Position numbers and translations under genes: made by a program. The notes under the pieces were generated by a model, which worked only from the letters and a program-made list of their open reading frames with translations, was not told where the DNA came from and searched no databases. DNA of 64,000 nt, taken from the NCBI GenBank assembly GCA_053919585.1, contig CM132785.1; one strand, 5' to 3'. Of the stretch, positions 13,898 through 30,053 are shown piece after piece; the first letter of the stretch is position 1; each line of letters begins with the position of its first letter. The DNA comes from Euprymna scolopes (lineage: Eukaryota).

Positions 13898-15812
13898 GTC
13901 TTTATTATGCACATGTAATTGAAAACATCCATAAAGTAACCTTAATGAATATTATAAAAACATCTTTTTAATGCTTTATTTGGCGAATATTAAAACGAAA
14001 AACAAAAATGTTAAATATGAATCATTCGAACCTCTTTCGTTGGGGTCACTAGACTGGGGTCCATATTTTATCTGGAAAACGTTTGATGTAGTTTCTCGGT
14101 GTATGGTGTAACCGACACCTACACGTCCTGCGTCGGATACGTCTGGTCTTTTAATAACGGATCGCGAAGTTTCAGGAATGATTAAACCTAATAACCAAAA
14201 TAAATCGTTAATTAAAAACTATATGTCCCCTAGCAATATCAACTCATTAAAATCAAGCGTATGGTGCAAATAACAAAATGCATCGACCGTATCACGGATT
14301 TAACGATAGTTAGCAAATGTCATTATTTAAATACATGAGATTTTGGTTTTAATTTGTATAATTCAACAGTAAGCGTAATAATAATAAAAAAGTTATATGC
14401 ATAGCTTTCATATAAACCAGCTTGCTGCATATAAATGGCAATAATAATTCCAATAGTAACATTTACAAAATTAAGCAAAGCTTTGCCGACAAATTGAAAC
14501 CTAACTAACCTCCGGTTTGGTCGTATCCAACGAACTGTAAATGAGACCTAGCCTCTTGGATATCCTGCATAAGTTCAGAATGACCGGAACTGACACAGTC
14601 GTTTAACACTTTCTCAAGAATTTCGGGATCATTTTGTTTTTTGGCTTCGTCCAATTTCTCGCGAAGTATATCTGGTGTCATTTTTCCTGACAAGCAAAAC
14701 ACCAATAAAAATTGAAAAAAATACAAATCAATAATTTTACATATGTTTTATATATGTTATATGTTGAAATTCAATAAATAACCGAGATAAAAGCATTGAA
14801 AAGAGAAAGAGAAGTAGATTTTTGAAAATTTTTCATCATGAGATTACGACTGGAAAGATAGTGCAGGAACGTTTGAAATGAGTTAATCTTCCTTTAGAAC
14901 AATGGAACAGATTCGACTAAAGATCTTATTTTAATGATAAATACTTCTTAGATTTTCTAAGTTCTTATAAAAGTGTATGCTTTGAAAACCTAGTTGATAT
15001 ATGAGAAGTGCCCAAAAAAGATTATCCACAATTTTTGGTGTAGTTTCATGATCTCATTTAACCGTTCTTTATTATAACTAGTAAAGTCATCTGTAAATAA
15101 GCACATAAGTAAACATAGTAATAATAAAAAATAGCAAAAATGTGAAAATAAATATGTAGTTATATTTATTTACTTATATAGAAACCTGCATCTAAAAAAA
15201 ATCTCAGCATGAAAGAATTATCTCGTGCGAGTGAAACCCGCTTTTTCAAAGGCTATCAAAATAACTTGTTTAACCCATCATTTAAAAGAAAGATGCATTC
15301 ATAAAATTGCACAAACGCCAGGCTCGTTATTTTGACGTTGCTTTAAATAATCTATCAAGTTTTTACATATTCATGATATTCCTACTAAACAGAATTTAAA
15401 TGAAGAAATACCCATTAAAATATTCAATAAAAATCACAACGACTGTATGAAAACTAGAGCCATAAATATCGAGTATTATAAAGTTTTGCAACGAAGAAAT
15501 GATTAAAGAAAAAGATACACAAAGATAGAAAGCCGTTTTCAAAGAAATAATAATCGAACGAAGTATATATCGTTATACACTGACCTCCGCGCCCAAATCC
15601 CATACTCTCCAAAGTGTCCCTGGCCTCACGTAGATCATGCGAAAGCTCCGGATAGCCAGCTTCCTCACAGTCAAGGATAGCCTTTTCCAAATGGGGACGA
15701 CTCTTTTGTTTGATGGTGTCCCTAAGTTGCTCCGATATCTCTTTGGGAGATTTTACCGATGCTTATCAAATAAATAATGATTATATTAGAAATGAGATTA
15801 CTCCGATTATAT

Positions 15813-15863
<51 letters not shown>

Positions 15864-15900
15864 AGTAGGTAGTAGTTTGCTTGAAGTATTGTTGGTAAAG

Positions 15901-15951
<51 letters not shown>

Positions 15952-16021
15952 AGCCAAAAACAATGCGGAGGAAGACCGGAAAAGATGAAGTAAAAAAGAA
16001 AAACGAACAGATGTAGACGAG

Positions 16022-16079
<58 letters not shown>

Positions 16080-17788
16080 TACACAGACGGCCAGCAGACA
16101 AAGACAGCTAGAGAGAGAGAGAGGGAGAGAGAGAGAGAGAGGGGGGGAAAGACAGACGAGAAAAGAGGAAGAGTAGGAAAGAGTTCCACGGAAATAATGG
16201 AAACTCAACTTGCAATAAAGAATAACAACTCATCGAGTATTCCACTATCACAACATTGCTGGAAAATCAGTTACATTCCGTATCTCTTGCCCTGCAGACT
16301 GATGTTTTAGTGTTTCCATGGTTTCGATGAAAGATAAGANNNNNNNNNNNNNNNNNNNNNNNNNNNNNNNNNNNNNNNNNNNNNNNNNNNNNNNNNNNNN
16401 NNNNNNNNNNNNNNNNNNNNNNNNNNNNNNNNNNNNNNNNNNNNNNNNNNNNNNNNNNNNNNNNNNNNNNNNNNNNNNNNNNNNNNNNNNNNNNNNNNNN
16501 NACATATGTAATTTATTTTGAACATTTGTAACATATGTAATTTATCAAATATATATAGTAATGAACTACGGTCTTTATAAATTAAATTTTTACACATGAA
16601 ATGTTGATATTACGGTGTAATAAAAGCATCTAAAATGGTAGTCTCACAAATGTTCCGTGTATTTCCTCCAGAAATAATGATAATGTATCACTTGAACTAT
16701 ACACGTCAATTACCAATGTTTTACGCACATTAATTTATAACTGTTTTAAATGTGAATTTACACAGAAGTATCATCAAAACTAAATTAAAAAATAGCATAA
16801 ATAAAGCAACCCGTTAACGAACTGCTTCGAGTTTCAATCTACAACAAAGAAATACTGAATGCATAAAAAGACGCCAATCTTGTTGTCTCATGGGATTTAT
16901 ATCCCGACAAAGGTTTGCAAATCTGGCTACGGATAGTACACAACAATGATTAGATACAATATTTTGTGACGTGGTATCCATTGCTTTCATTCTCTGTCTT
17001 GTTTCACTGAATTTTTGTACCATTTCATATTCAAATCCTATCAGGGCATTGCTGCATGTTGATTGCCCTTGTTATTTTATCAGGAGCAGCTGGATCAAAA
17101 GTGAGCAAGGGAATACGTATTGCTGTAAGATTGCTCTTTAATTTAATAGATATATTTATAAGCATATGATAACAGCATATGAATGTGTGTGAGTATCATA
17201 AATAATGAATGTACAAGTATATAGGTTTAAATAGATCTATTTTGTCAATGGATATAACAGTATTTACTTATATCTCAATGTTTGCAGTTGTAAGTAAAAT
17301 TAGATGTCATGATATACTAGCATATTATATTCATGAATATAAATATATACATTCATTTATATATATAATATTTAAATAGGGATAGTTATGTGTAAAAATA
17401 ACTTATATAATAATAGATAATCAATTTCGCATATGCATACAAATTCAGTTCTAGTTAAAGGACTTCAGCTACAATAGAAAAAGCAATAGCTAGCATCAAG
17501 TATAAATCCATGTTCCTAACCTCCTTTTCCGCCTTGCATTTTATCAAGAGCTTCTCTGGCTTGCTGAATGTCATCATCTAACTCTGGAAATCCCATTGCG
17601 ACACATTCTTTAATGATGTCCCTTAGTATCTTTTTATCGTTGTAACGGACAGCCTCACTCAGTTGATCTCGGAAGGTTTCCGGAGAACGCGTGCCTGACA
17701 AACGAGTAGAGTTAATTCAAGTCAGCTATTCAATCAGAGAACAATTTATTTGCAGATAACATTATATTAATATCAATAATTATATCAA

Positions 17789-17837
<49 letters not shown>

Positions 17838-18296
17838 CTTACTTTATCGAAAGATTTATTCAGTAGTTTAAAATTATAAAAGGTTTTTTTGAATTACCGT
17901 ATTTGCCGAGATATGAGAAAGATAAAATTCACGGCGTTTAGAGCAAACGAAATGATAATTTTTACTTTCCAGGAATAATTTTTTCTTTCCTGGTCTATTT
18001 GTTGTATATCAACAACTTCACGGAAGCATTTAACATCGGGAGACAATACCTATTAACAACGACACCGGTCTCTATTTGATAAGATGCAAATTGCTATTCT
18101 ACAGATATCTAAAGGTAAAATGTTTTAGTTGATGTCAGAATCGATAGGATTACTGTGTAAGCAACCACAGAAAATGCTACATGACTTGAAGTCAGCATGT
18201 CTGATCTAATAGCCACCAGTCTTATTTGTTTTGCCTGTCTTTCTTTGTTAATGTAAACTATAGAATTTTTTTAATGTTTTCTTTGTATCATAATAA

Positions 18297-18370
<74 letters not shown>

Positions 18371-19164
18371 AAGAGAGTGAGTGTGTGCGTACGTATGCAT
18401 AACATATTAATATATCATACTTAAATAGCCACATTACGTTCTGGATAGTAATTTCATAAGGTAAACAATTTAGATACAGATAGCTCGGTCGGAAAGCGCA
18501 TGAATTTGTAAAATCTTGTTAGGAAATATATAATTCGTTTACATCTCGGCAAATAAGGCAAGACTTCCAAAATCAATCTATTATGTAATGTATATATTGT
18601 AATTAACCTTTAAAATATATTAATCCGAATAATCAATCATTTTTAATAAGATATGACTTTCTGAACGTAAGCGTTCTTAACAAAATGTTGACTAAGAATA
18701 GTTGCTTATATTATGTATTTATGAATCCAGACAAAATGACTACTAATAAAAACAAATGAAAAATAAACTTTGAAAATAAATATCTCACAAAGAAATTAAC
18801 TTATCAACAAACCTCCAAGACCACCTCCTAGTTCGTTCAAAACATCCCTGGCTTGACGTATTTCAAAACCTAGTTCTGGATATTGGGAGTTTTCACACTC
18901 ATATATTAATTTATCCAATTTCTCCGGGTCATTTTCTTCTCTGGCCAATCGTAATTGCTCAAGAAGGATTTCTGGAGATTGAATTTCTTGTGAGGAATCT
19001 GAATAAACACACCAATGGCCACGTGACAGATACACATAAAATTATTTGAAATTTGTAAAAGTGAAAGATATTTTACAACTTCTTACATTCTTTTTATTAG
19101 AATAGGAACAAATAAAGTATTGAACAGCTTAACCTCGAATAATAGACTATTATTACTACACGTT

Positions 19165-19222
<58 letters not shown>

Positions 19223-22200
19223 TCATCATCATTATCTATTGAATATAGGTGAGAATAATTTTCTTAATAACAAATAAAGACTGCAATATGGCAAAACTTT
19301 CAAGAGAATATTTTTTCTTGCAACCTAACAACTTAATGAGTACTTAAACAATTTTTTAAAAACTCATGTTATTTATTTAGAAATTGGAAGTAAATGAAAA
19401 CTACCTTTCTAATATCAAATTTATATAATGAATACATTATCTTTTTAAACGTAGATAAATAAGACGAGTGTAAAAACATGTGACCGTCCCGCTGTCATTT
19501 TATCGGATATACATGACTAATAACAATAGTTTTCAGGAACACTGAAAAACTAAATTAATATTATCAAATATCATAAATATATTATAAATTATTATCATTA
19601 TGTTATAAACTTCGAAAACCAAACAAAAAAAAACATATAAATGTTTCTAACCTGTTTGCTTGGATTCACTAGACTGGCGTGCGTATCTGCTCTGAAAGAT
19701 ATTTTCCGGTTGGATCGTGTCATCACCTACTATATGTTCAACGTTGAATGCATCTGGTTGTTCAATAACGATACGCGGAGAACCAGGTTTGATTAAACCT
19801 AATAATCAAAATGTACATTCATTATAAAATGTTGTCCTAAACGAAAATGTTCATAATGAGAGGCAGGTCTTCTGGCAGTTTGAATCACCTAACAAATTGA
19901 TAACAGTTAGAATTCAATAATAATATAATTATTTTAGAAAAGATAATACTGAACTGTCCGGCAACGTATTATCATTTAATTTAGCTTAATTCAAAAGTAA
20001 GCAAAATAAAAAAATCTTAGAGAATATAAGTAATATCAGAGCCAGCATATTGCATATAGATGATAATGATTCCAATGATAAGGTTTATATAATCAAGCAA
20101 AGCTTTGCCGACAAATTGAAACCTAACTAACCTCCAGTGCGGTCGTATCCAGCGAACTGTAAATGAGACCTAGCCTCTTGGATATCTGGCGTTAGTTCCG
20201 AATGACCGGAACTGATACATTCGTTTAACACTTTCTCGAAGAATTCGGGATCATTTTGGTTCTTGGCAGTTTCTAGTTTCTCTCGGAGTATGTCTGGTGT
20301 CATTTTTCCTGACAACAAAACACCAATGAGGGTTGAAAAGATAACAATAGTTTATACAACGATACAAATAAGGAAACGCTAGAAGATCGATAAGATTAAA
20401 TAGATTCAACAGATGAAAACAGTGAAATGGAAAGAGAAAGTTCGTTTGCACTGAAAAACTTTACATAATATGATTTCGAATCGCACATTTAAAAATATGT
20501 TAAAATAAACTAAGTGGACAGTAACAAGACGGAGCATAAAAGTCGGATTTTAACGATCGAACATAATAATTTTGCGAGAAATTGTTACCTAACCTTATGT
20601 GTGATCGGAATCAGACAACTGTAAATGAGACCTATTCTCTTGGATATCCAGCGTCAGTTGCGAATGACCGAAACAGATTCATTTGTGTAACATTTTTTGG
20701 AGGACTTCTGGATCAGTTTGTTTTTAGGCAGTTTCCAGTTTCTCTTGGAATCTGTTTTAACGACCAAATCCAATAGGGTCTAGTAATAAAATGTTACAAT
20801 AAAAAGAGCGAATTTCTTTCATGCAGCGAAAACTGACAGTCTATATTCTACTGGAACAAAGGGAATTGTAAAACCTGTCAGTCAGTAAAATCCTTCCCTA
20901 CATGGTAGAGTTCCCCAAATACTGGAGGGATTACTATTCTAATAGCTTCTTTCCTTAAACTGCTAACTTTCTCCTTTTTGTTTTCCTGATTGAAATAACA
21001 TGCAGAAGTTTGAATGTAAGTAAAACAAGCATTTAACTGTACAACTCCCCATTTAGGATGCCCCCAATTCATAGTTGCTCATTACGTCTCAGTGGCGTTG
21101 TGCTTTGTTTTGCGTAAACAAAAAAATATGAATCTGAAGATAAAAGGTCTGTTACAACCTTCCACAATCCTCCTACTCTCGTTTCTAACTATAAATACCA
21201 TACGCCCCTCTTTGCTCATGTTGGTCATATTTCCCCCGAGAACTGATTTGCTCATGTTGGTCATATTTCCCCCGGGAACTGAACCTATAATCCGAAAGTA
21301 CTATCTTTTTGCTATTGTCTTCTGACAACGCAACGTTCAAATTTTCAGTGGCAAAGGTGACTTCAAAATCATATATAATTTTCTTTATCTAAGATATGGA
21401 TTAGTAAAGTTCCGAGCATCAAATATACCCTTACCTATCAACTGGTTCATATATCAATAGTTCCAAAATGTTAAAATTGTCCGAACTCTTCAGTTTCTAT
21501 TTATTACACCAAAGATGGAATTGGTCTTGAATGATATAATATTCAATCTGCATAGAACAGAATTAAATCAAATACAAATTTATAAAACTAGTATATTAGT
21601 GGTGTTTTCAACGGCGAGATCACACACATTGTCGTGCTTCTTTATTTGGTAATGTTGACACGAGTAACTAAATAAAACATTATGAAACTTAGAAGTAATT
21701 AAGTAAAACAATAACAAGCTTCCATAATTTTATATCAACATGTTAAGAGAAAAAGTCAACACCATAAAAGAGATTCAAATAACTCGTTCAAAATGCTATT
21801 TCAAAGCAAACTAACTTTTTGTGTTACCAAACCTGTTTTCAAATAAAACTAAAAAGATAAGCTGAATACTTGTTATCAAAAATTCGTTTAAATTTTGAAA
21901 TAGCGGAAAGAATAGGTTCAGAAAAATAGTTAAGTAAAGACAGAAAGCGGTTTTGTTTCTGAATAATACATGAATATTAGGTTACTAAAATCTGATTATC
22001 GTATACTGACCTCCACGGCCAAATCCCATACTTTCCAGAGTGTCCCTGGCCCGACGTAGATCATGAGAAAGTTCCGGGTAACCAGCTTCCTCACAGTCAA
22101 GGATAGCCTTTTCCAAATGGGGACGGCTCTTTTGTTTGATGGTGTCTCTAAGTTGCTCCGATATATCTTTTGGAGATTTTTGCAATGCTAATCAAATAAA

Positions 22201-24301
22201 TATTAATTAAATTTTATTTACGTTTTTATATAATATATTATATGAAATATTCTTATCAACAAAAGTACTAACATTTTGAGTAGAAATGTATGAGATTATT
22301 TACTTAAACAATATTATATCAATGAGCAATTTATCTGATTATTGGACATTAGGTGTGGGACCCGAAATAAAATTGCATAAGCTATAGTAACAAATGCGTA
22401 ACATATCTAACCTCCTTTTCCGCCTTGAATTTTATCAAGAGCTTCTCTGGCTTGCTGAATGTCATCATCTAATTCTGGAAATCCCATCGCAACACATTCT
22501 TTGATGATGTCATTTAGTATCTTCTTATCGTTGTAACGGACAGCCTCACTCAGTTGATCACGGAAGATTTCCGGGGAGCGTGTTCCTGACAAGTGAGTAG
22601 AGTTTATTCAAGTTAGCTAATCGATACGTTCACAATGTGTTTGGAAATAACAATTATTTAGAAAAGTATCAATAAATTTCGATATGTCAGCTAATTGATC
22701 ATTTCCTGATTTACTTATCGATGAATAATTATCTAAAGAAATATTTACATGGCAATTAAAACCCAAATTCTGAAACGAATTCCATACATTGCCGTATTTT
22801 CCAGGATATAAGTTCGTCAATAATATTCATTTGTATTTGTTAGACAAGTACATTTCGGAAGATGACTTAATTTAACCAAGAATCTATTCTTAGTTTTTAT
22901 TTTTAACGGCATGTTTTATGCCAAATTACAATTATCTATTAAAAACGAGCTGCCGGATACAATTTATTGGAGATATGTACGCATTTACTCACAGGCTGAG
23001 GCAGTTTTAGGGATATTAAATATNNNNNNNNNNNNNNNNNNNNNNNNNNNNNNNNNNNNNNNNNNNNNNNNNNNNNNNNNNNNNNNNNNNNNNNNNNNNN
23101 NNNNNNNNNNNNNNNNNNNNNNNNNNNNNNNNNNNNNNNNNNNNNNNNNNNNNNNNTGTTTCCAACAATATTATAAATAAAGTATATATAGTAAAAAGTA
23201 ATATATATTATTTTGAGTATGTATTGATGTATTGTTATAATCGTACTATACAACTTCTTGGGCAAAAAGATTCCCGTAAGATTCCAACTCAATATTTTTT
23301 AATAGATTTCCACGGTATTTAAAAAACTAATGGCGAAATTTTATCCTTAGAAATTTTAATTCTATTATATGTAACACATACCGCGGTAAGTACGGTAAGA
23401 CATCGGTTATTTCAAGTAGATATTTTAAAAATAGTATGAACTTATTTTACTTAGAATAAACTAAGAGATGCTAACTATAATAATCTGAATTGAATTTCAT
23501 ATGACTTAATTATAAAGAGAACATATTCTTTATATCATTGCGAAAACGTTGTAAATTTGTTTTTAAATATATGTCGGAAAACAGAAAACATTATATTGAT
23601 ATAGAATAAGCATATTCATCTGATATTTTTTATGGCACACAGACATAATTATTAATTTTAGAAACTATTATTTACAAATAAAATGTTAAGCCAATAAGTC
23701 TTCAAAAACGTAAGTATATAAACAAACCTCCAATTCCACCACCTAGCTCGTTTAAAACATCCCTGGCTTGTCGTATTTCAATACCTAGTTCTGGATATTG
23801 GGAGTTTTCACACTCGTATATTATCTTGTCCAATTTCTCCGTGTCTCCTTCTTCTCTGGCCAATCTCAGTTGCTCAAGAAGCATATCTGGAGATTGCATT
23901 TCTTGTAGGTAATCTAAATAAACACAACAATGTCTAAATAATAGATCCACATATATTAGCAGAAAGTCTTAATATCTGCAGAAACTGAATAAATGCTAAT
24001 CGCTTATAAATTGCTACCATTGTTAGAGCAAGTTTATTATTATAATTAGTAGTAGTATTAGTTATATACATAAAACTGTACACACAGGTACACACGCACA
24101 CACACTAATATACACACACGTATACACACAGATACACACGTGCGCGCACACACATACACATACATACACACACATACACACACATATATTATAGTTATAA
24201 TACACATTTAATAACACCTTTAGCGTATTATTAATAAACGGTCAATCTTAAGGCAATGCAATATTCCGAACTCTGTCGTTAGAATATTATATACATGTGC
24301 A

Positions 24302-24337
<36 letters not shown>

Positions 24338-24490
24338 TATCTATATACGAATATATATATACTACACACGCACGCACATATGTATGTGTGTGTCTGATGC
24401 TATTTATTGTCTTTCACTTGTATGTCTCCACAATAAGAAAGTAGCAGTAAAAGTTTAAAATATAAAATATAGTCATCCGATGATATATAC

Positions 24491-24522
<32 letters not shown>

Positions 24523-24577
24523 TTTAATACTTTACATGTATATACATGCATGTATGCATGTATCCTATGTAGGTGTA

Positions 24578-24629
<52 letters not shown>

Positions 24630-27600
24630 CATTTGTTACTTTACTTATAATACAAAGGTAGAAAATATCTAATATATAAAAATAAAATATAAAACACTTA
24701 ATACAATTTTAAAAAGTGTTTGTGAAATTCTAAAAATGAAACCAAATGAAAGCATGATTTTTTCCTAACCTCTTTGATTTGGTTCACTAGACGTAGGCTT
24801 ATGTCTGCTCTTGAAGACGTTTGCGACAGTTTCCGGTTGGATTTTGTACTCATCAGTCACACGTCCAGTATGGAGCCGAGTAGAATCGGGCATGATTAAA
24901 CCTAATAACCAAAATGTATCTTCATTTTAAAACTGTACACGTGAGAATGTATTTATGAAAATTAAATCTTAATATTTACTGATTGTCCAAATCACACGAT
25001 AAATCGATAATAGTTCGAATTATATAAAATGTAATATTATCTTTTTTAAAAGCAAAATATCTTCATATAATTTGAATTATTCTAAGATAAGCAAAACAAA
25101 AAAGAATTTAAAATGCGTGTAATTTAAGCCAGCTTAATGTTTATAAATTACAATAACAAAAAATTCCTTTGTGAAATTCACATTACTAAGCAAAGCTTTG
25201 GTGGCAGCTTTAAATAAAACTAACCTCCAGTGTGGTCGTAACGAGCCAACTGCAAATGAGACCTAGCCTCTTCAATATCCGGCGTAAGTTCTGAATGACC
25301 GGAACTAACACATTCGTTTAAAATTTTCTCGAGAACTTCGGGATCATTTTGTTGTTTGGCTTTATCCAATTTTTCGCGGAGTATTTTTGGTGTCATTTTA
25401 CCTGACAAGCAAAACACCAATAAATATTAAACACATTATAGAATAACCATTTGGGCAATCTAATAAATAAGAAACGTAAAAGAACCCAGATTCAATAAAC
25501 AGCAGAGGTGAAAGCATTGGAACGGGGAGCGTGTGTTGTCAACGTTGGATTTTGTACCATTAATTTTAGACGAACTCACTGAAATATGATCAAGCATCGT
25601 TTAAAACAAGATATTCATTTTCCAAGAGAAATATTAATATTACTTATAGATTTCCTTTAAATTTTGCCCTGGACTCTTTATATTGAGATGAAACATTTTC
25701 CTTCTTTATATGTCTATTAGTGCAATAAATCACTGTATTTTCAACTTCTAATCTAACCATATGAAACATAAATTGTAACGATGTCGTTACGAAAATCCTT
25801 TATCCGGTCTATATATGCCTCTGCACACACAATGCAGACGAGAGACGTTCGCTGAGAGTTTTAAAAGGGTTTATTTAAAGACAATCTCACGCGGAAGAAA
25901 GAGACAAAGAGAGATTAAAATCTTGTTAACTAATTAAATACTACAATAAGAGACACAGAGGTGGAAACTTTTCACCTTTGACGCATTTAGATTTTTAAAC
26001 GTATTAATACAGCATATTTTTTCGTGTTTACTTCAATCGGACTCCTCACGGAACTCTTTTAAAACCTTTGTTTCTTTGTTAACCGTGATCCCATGACGTC
26101 AGGCGCCATGACAGTTGATGTCTTCTCTACTTTAACTTGCATGACATCTTTCCCTGTCTCTTTCGTGGGAACGCGTTTATTTCATAAACTTTGTTCCACT
26201 TCAATCTGCACTAACTGCGCCAATGTCTAAATTAATACGAGCTCATTTATTCGCTACTTTACATGAGATAGCGCATAATGTAACAAAATAATTTCATTAT
26301 GATAAAATATCGAAAACAAAAGAGAATAAGACAAAATGTGAGTTTTAAGTGCGAGAACAAAGATGTAGTTATATTTATTCCTAGATAAACATCCAGGCGA
26401 ATCACCATGAAAATAATACCTCCGCGATATTCCAATATTTTAAAATAAAATATAAATTGCTAAAAATACATTTTAAAAAATAATGTATTGAATAAGTTCG
26501 TTTAAAAGCCCTTTCAAAGGATATTTAAAATATTCAAGATATTATATTCAATAAAATATTGAAGATATTATAAAAATACTATCAATACGAAAACGTCTTT
26601 AAACGATTAAATGAAAATGAAAATGTGAAATAAAATAAGAACATAAAATTCTATTGGAATTATTTTAAGACAACAATACTTAGAATACAAGCGGTATTGA
26701 AAGAAAGGAATACAAGCGGTATTGAAAGAAAGGAATAGAGTCAGAATAGAGCCAAGCATAAATCAAAAGCAGGTGTGTTTCAACATGATAAATGTCATAA
26801 TGATCTAAGGAGTCTGTAATTGTCACACACTAACCTCCACGCCCAAATCCCATGCTCTCCAAAGCATCTCTGGCCTGACGGAGATCATGAGAAAGTTCCG
26901 GATAACCAGCCTCCTCGCAGTCAAGGATAGCCTTTTCCAAATGAGGACGACTCTTTTGTTTGATAGTGCTTCTAAGTTGCTCCGATATCTCTTTGGGGGA
27001 CTTTACCAATTCTAATCGAATAAATATTGATTGAATTAGATATGAGAATTATAATCGAATATATGAATATATGATATGTGTGTCTGTAATATATTTTAAA
27101 GAATCTAGCAAATATATAATGAATGCAATGGTTTTTACATGATAATGCGTAAAGGTTATATATGTCTTTGTATATCTGCATATACATAGATGTATATATT
27201 AACAATCAGTATGCCATTATTTGTAATGTTTTATGTTAAGTAAGATTCCAAATTTTCATGATATATAGGTGTGGGAGAGAAAGTATGTGTGTGTGTATCT
27301 ATGTATTTCTATGTTTATATTCACATCTTTAATAAATCTAAATAGATGATGATATATATTTACCAAGTAATACTTTATAAAGTCATATGAGTCATAAAAT
27401 TTCTTCACATATGGTTGATAGATTATAGTTGCAAAATTCAAAACGAAATCGAGAAAGCGATAGCATCAAGTATGAATCTATGTTTCTAACCTCCTTTTCC
27501 GCCTTGCATTTTATCAAGAGCTTCTCTAGCTTGCTGAATGTCATCATCTAATTCTGGAAATCCCATTGAGACACATTCTTTAATTATGTCACTTAGTATC

Positions 27601-28173
27601 TTCTTATCGTTGTAACGGATAGCCTCACTCAGTTGATCTCGGAAAATTTCAGGTGAACGTGTGCCTAACAATTGAGTAAAGTTAATTCAAGTCAAATAAT
27701 CGATCATTCAAAATTTGCTTGTAAATAACGATAATTATCAATAAATATTGATATTACTTGCATAAAATAAATATTTAAGGATTAATACAAATCGGTAAGC
27801 AAAGAAAGTAACATCAAAAGTGTCTATTGATTAGCGTATTTCCCAGATATATGAAATTTTGCTCGTAAAATACATCCAAATTTGTACACGAAACAATTTG
27901 AAAGGACATGATATTAATATTCCAGTAATCAATAATTCGCTTTTATTGTATTTCAAAACATGTGCTTTTTATACGAAGGTATATTACGTATTAAAAACAA
28001 TTTGCGGTAAACAATTAACTGGGTAGAAATTTCCCATAGGGTTTGAACTAAAACATTTTATATAGATTGCAAATATATGAGTCAAGAACATCACGAACAA
28101 TTATCGTTCTTTATAAGAAAATAGACTAGTTCTAATGCTTCCTAAGGATTTTACATAAAAATACCAATCTAAA

Positions 28174-28254
<81 letters not shown>

Positions 28255-28960
28255 ATAAATATTAATTAAGAAAATAGGATCACACTGTTTTAAAATTGAA
28301 ACAAATCATTTCTGAAAATACAATTGGACATTAATAATTAATATATTATATGAAGTATATATTACAAAGATATATGCGGTATGCGGTTGTATTATTTTTG
28401 TAAATATATGATTTCCCCTTCAAAGAAGATGCTAGGTAGTTACTTATTAATATCAAATTTTGAATGTAATAATTGTTTAAAGTAGTATTACTATCAAGGA
28501 GAAAACGCTTTAAATATGTGTCTACACACAGAAAACATTTGAAAGGTAATATGATAAACCCACCTAATTAATTCATTTATTAAATCCGAGAAAAAACTAT
28601 GGATAAAATTAACTATTTAAAAGGATGAAATTCAGAATAAAAAATCCCCGTATAAACAGACCTCCAAATCCACATCCTAGCTCGTTCAAAACATCCCTGG
28701 ATTGTCGTATTTCAAAACCTAGTTCTGGATATTGGGAATTTTCACACTCGTATATTAACTCGTCCAATTTCTCTGGGTCTCTTTCTTCTCTGGCCAATCT
28801 CAATTGGTCAATAAGCATTTCTGGAGATTGCATTTCTTGCAGGAAATCTGAATAAACATGACATTATAAACTCGTATAATGTATAGAAATTGAAGAAATA
28901 CCGGTCGTTTGTAAATTTAACAAAACCTGAAAATAAGTTTTTCCTATGTTGATGATGATG

Positions 28961-29005
<45 letters not shown>

Positions 29006-29093
29006 GAACAAGAAGAAAAAAGTGATACTAATATTTAATATATCTATATCTATCTTTACAAATATATATCTATATCTATCGAAAATATATATA

Positions 29094-29168
<75 letters not shown>

Positions 29169-29745
29169 GATCTGTTACGATTAAATAAAGACTAAAATAT
29201 GAGACGCTTCTTCACAGAGTATAAGTATTTCCTACATAAAGGATTTAAAAGAGTATCAATATGTCAATACAACAATACTTAACTATGTTTCTGAGATTAT
29301 TTTTTTAGATGAGTTTTGATAATTTTAATTATTCTGATTATGCGAACTACTGTTTCACTCATATTGTTTTGTGAGTTGTATCAAGTATTTCTGTTCGAAA
29401 TTCCACACAACTTATCGAGTTCGATAGAAAGATCATCTTGTTCGACAAGATACATGTGAATAAAGTCTGGAGTTACATAGGCCGACAGGTTCTGCGAACA
29501 AAACTGAAGACAGAAGCGTAGTTCGAATAATCCAAAGTATACAAATACTTACTTAACTAACCAATATTGGAATAATTGATATTAAATAAAAAGGAAACGC
29601 ACACGCGTACACACACACACACACACACACATATCTATATATACATATATATGTATATATATAGATAAATATATACATATAGATTGATATATAGATATAT
29701 ACAAATGTACATATATATGGTTATACATATATATATACATAGATG

Positions 29746-29777
<32 letters not shown>

Positions 29778-30018
29778 TTATACTAAAGCAGTGACATCTG
29801 TTATATAAGTTTATTATACTAAGTCAGTTACTGAAAGAATGTAACGGAAAACAGTAGGTAGAGCAATATAAATATATATATGTATGTATATATATATGTA
29901 TATATATATGTGTATATACATATATAAATATATATACATTTATATTCATTTAACGTAGATTTGCAAACACTTATGTGTATATATATTTATGCATAAATAG
30001 CTTTATATTAATAGATAC

Positions 30019-30053
<35 letters not shown>

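Noticed and set aside
16814-17140. 69-aa ORF and other mid-GC intronic patches (also 20,878-21,325, 35,602-35,811, 46,349-46,756, 59,214-59,471)
   Set aside because: No recognisable domain, no phase-1 splice pair and no similarity to the repeat exons; probably decayed transposon pieces that I cannot classify.
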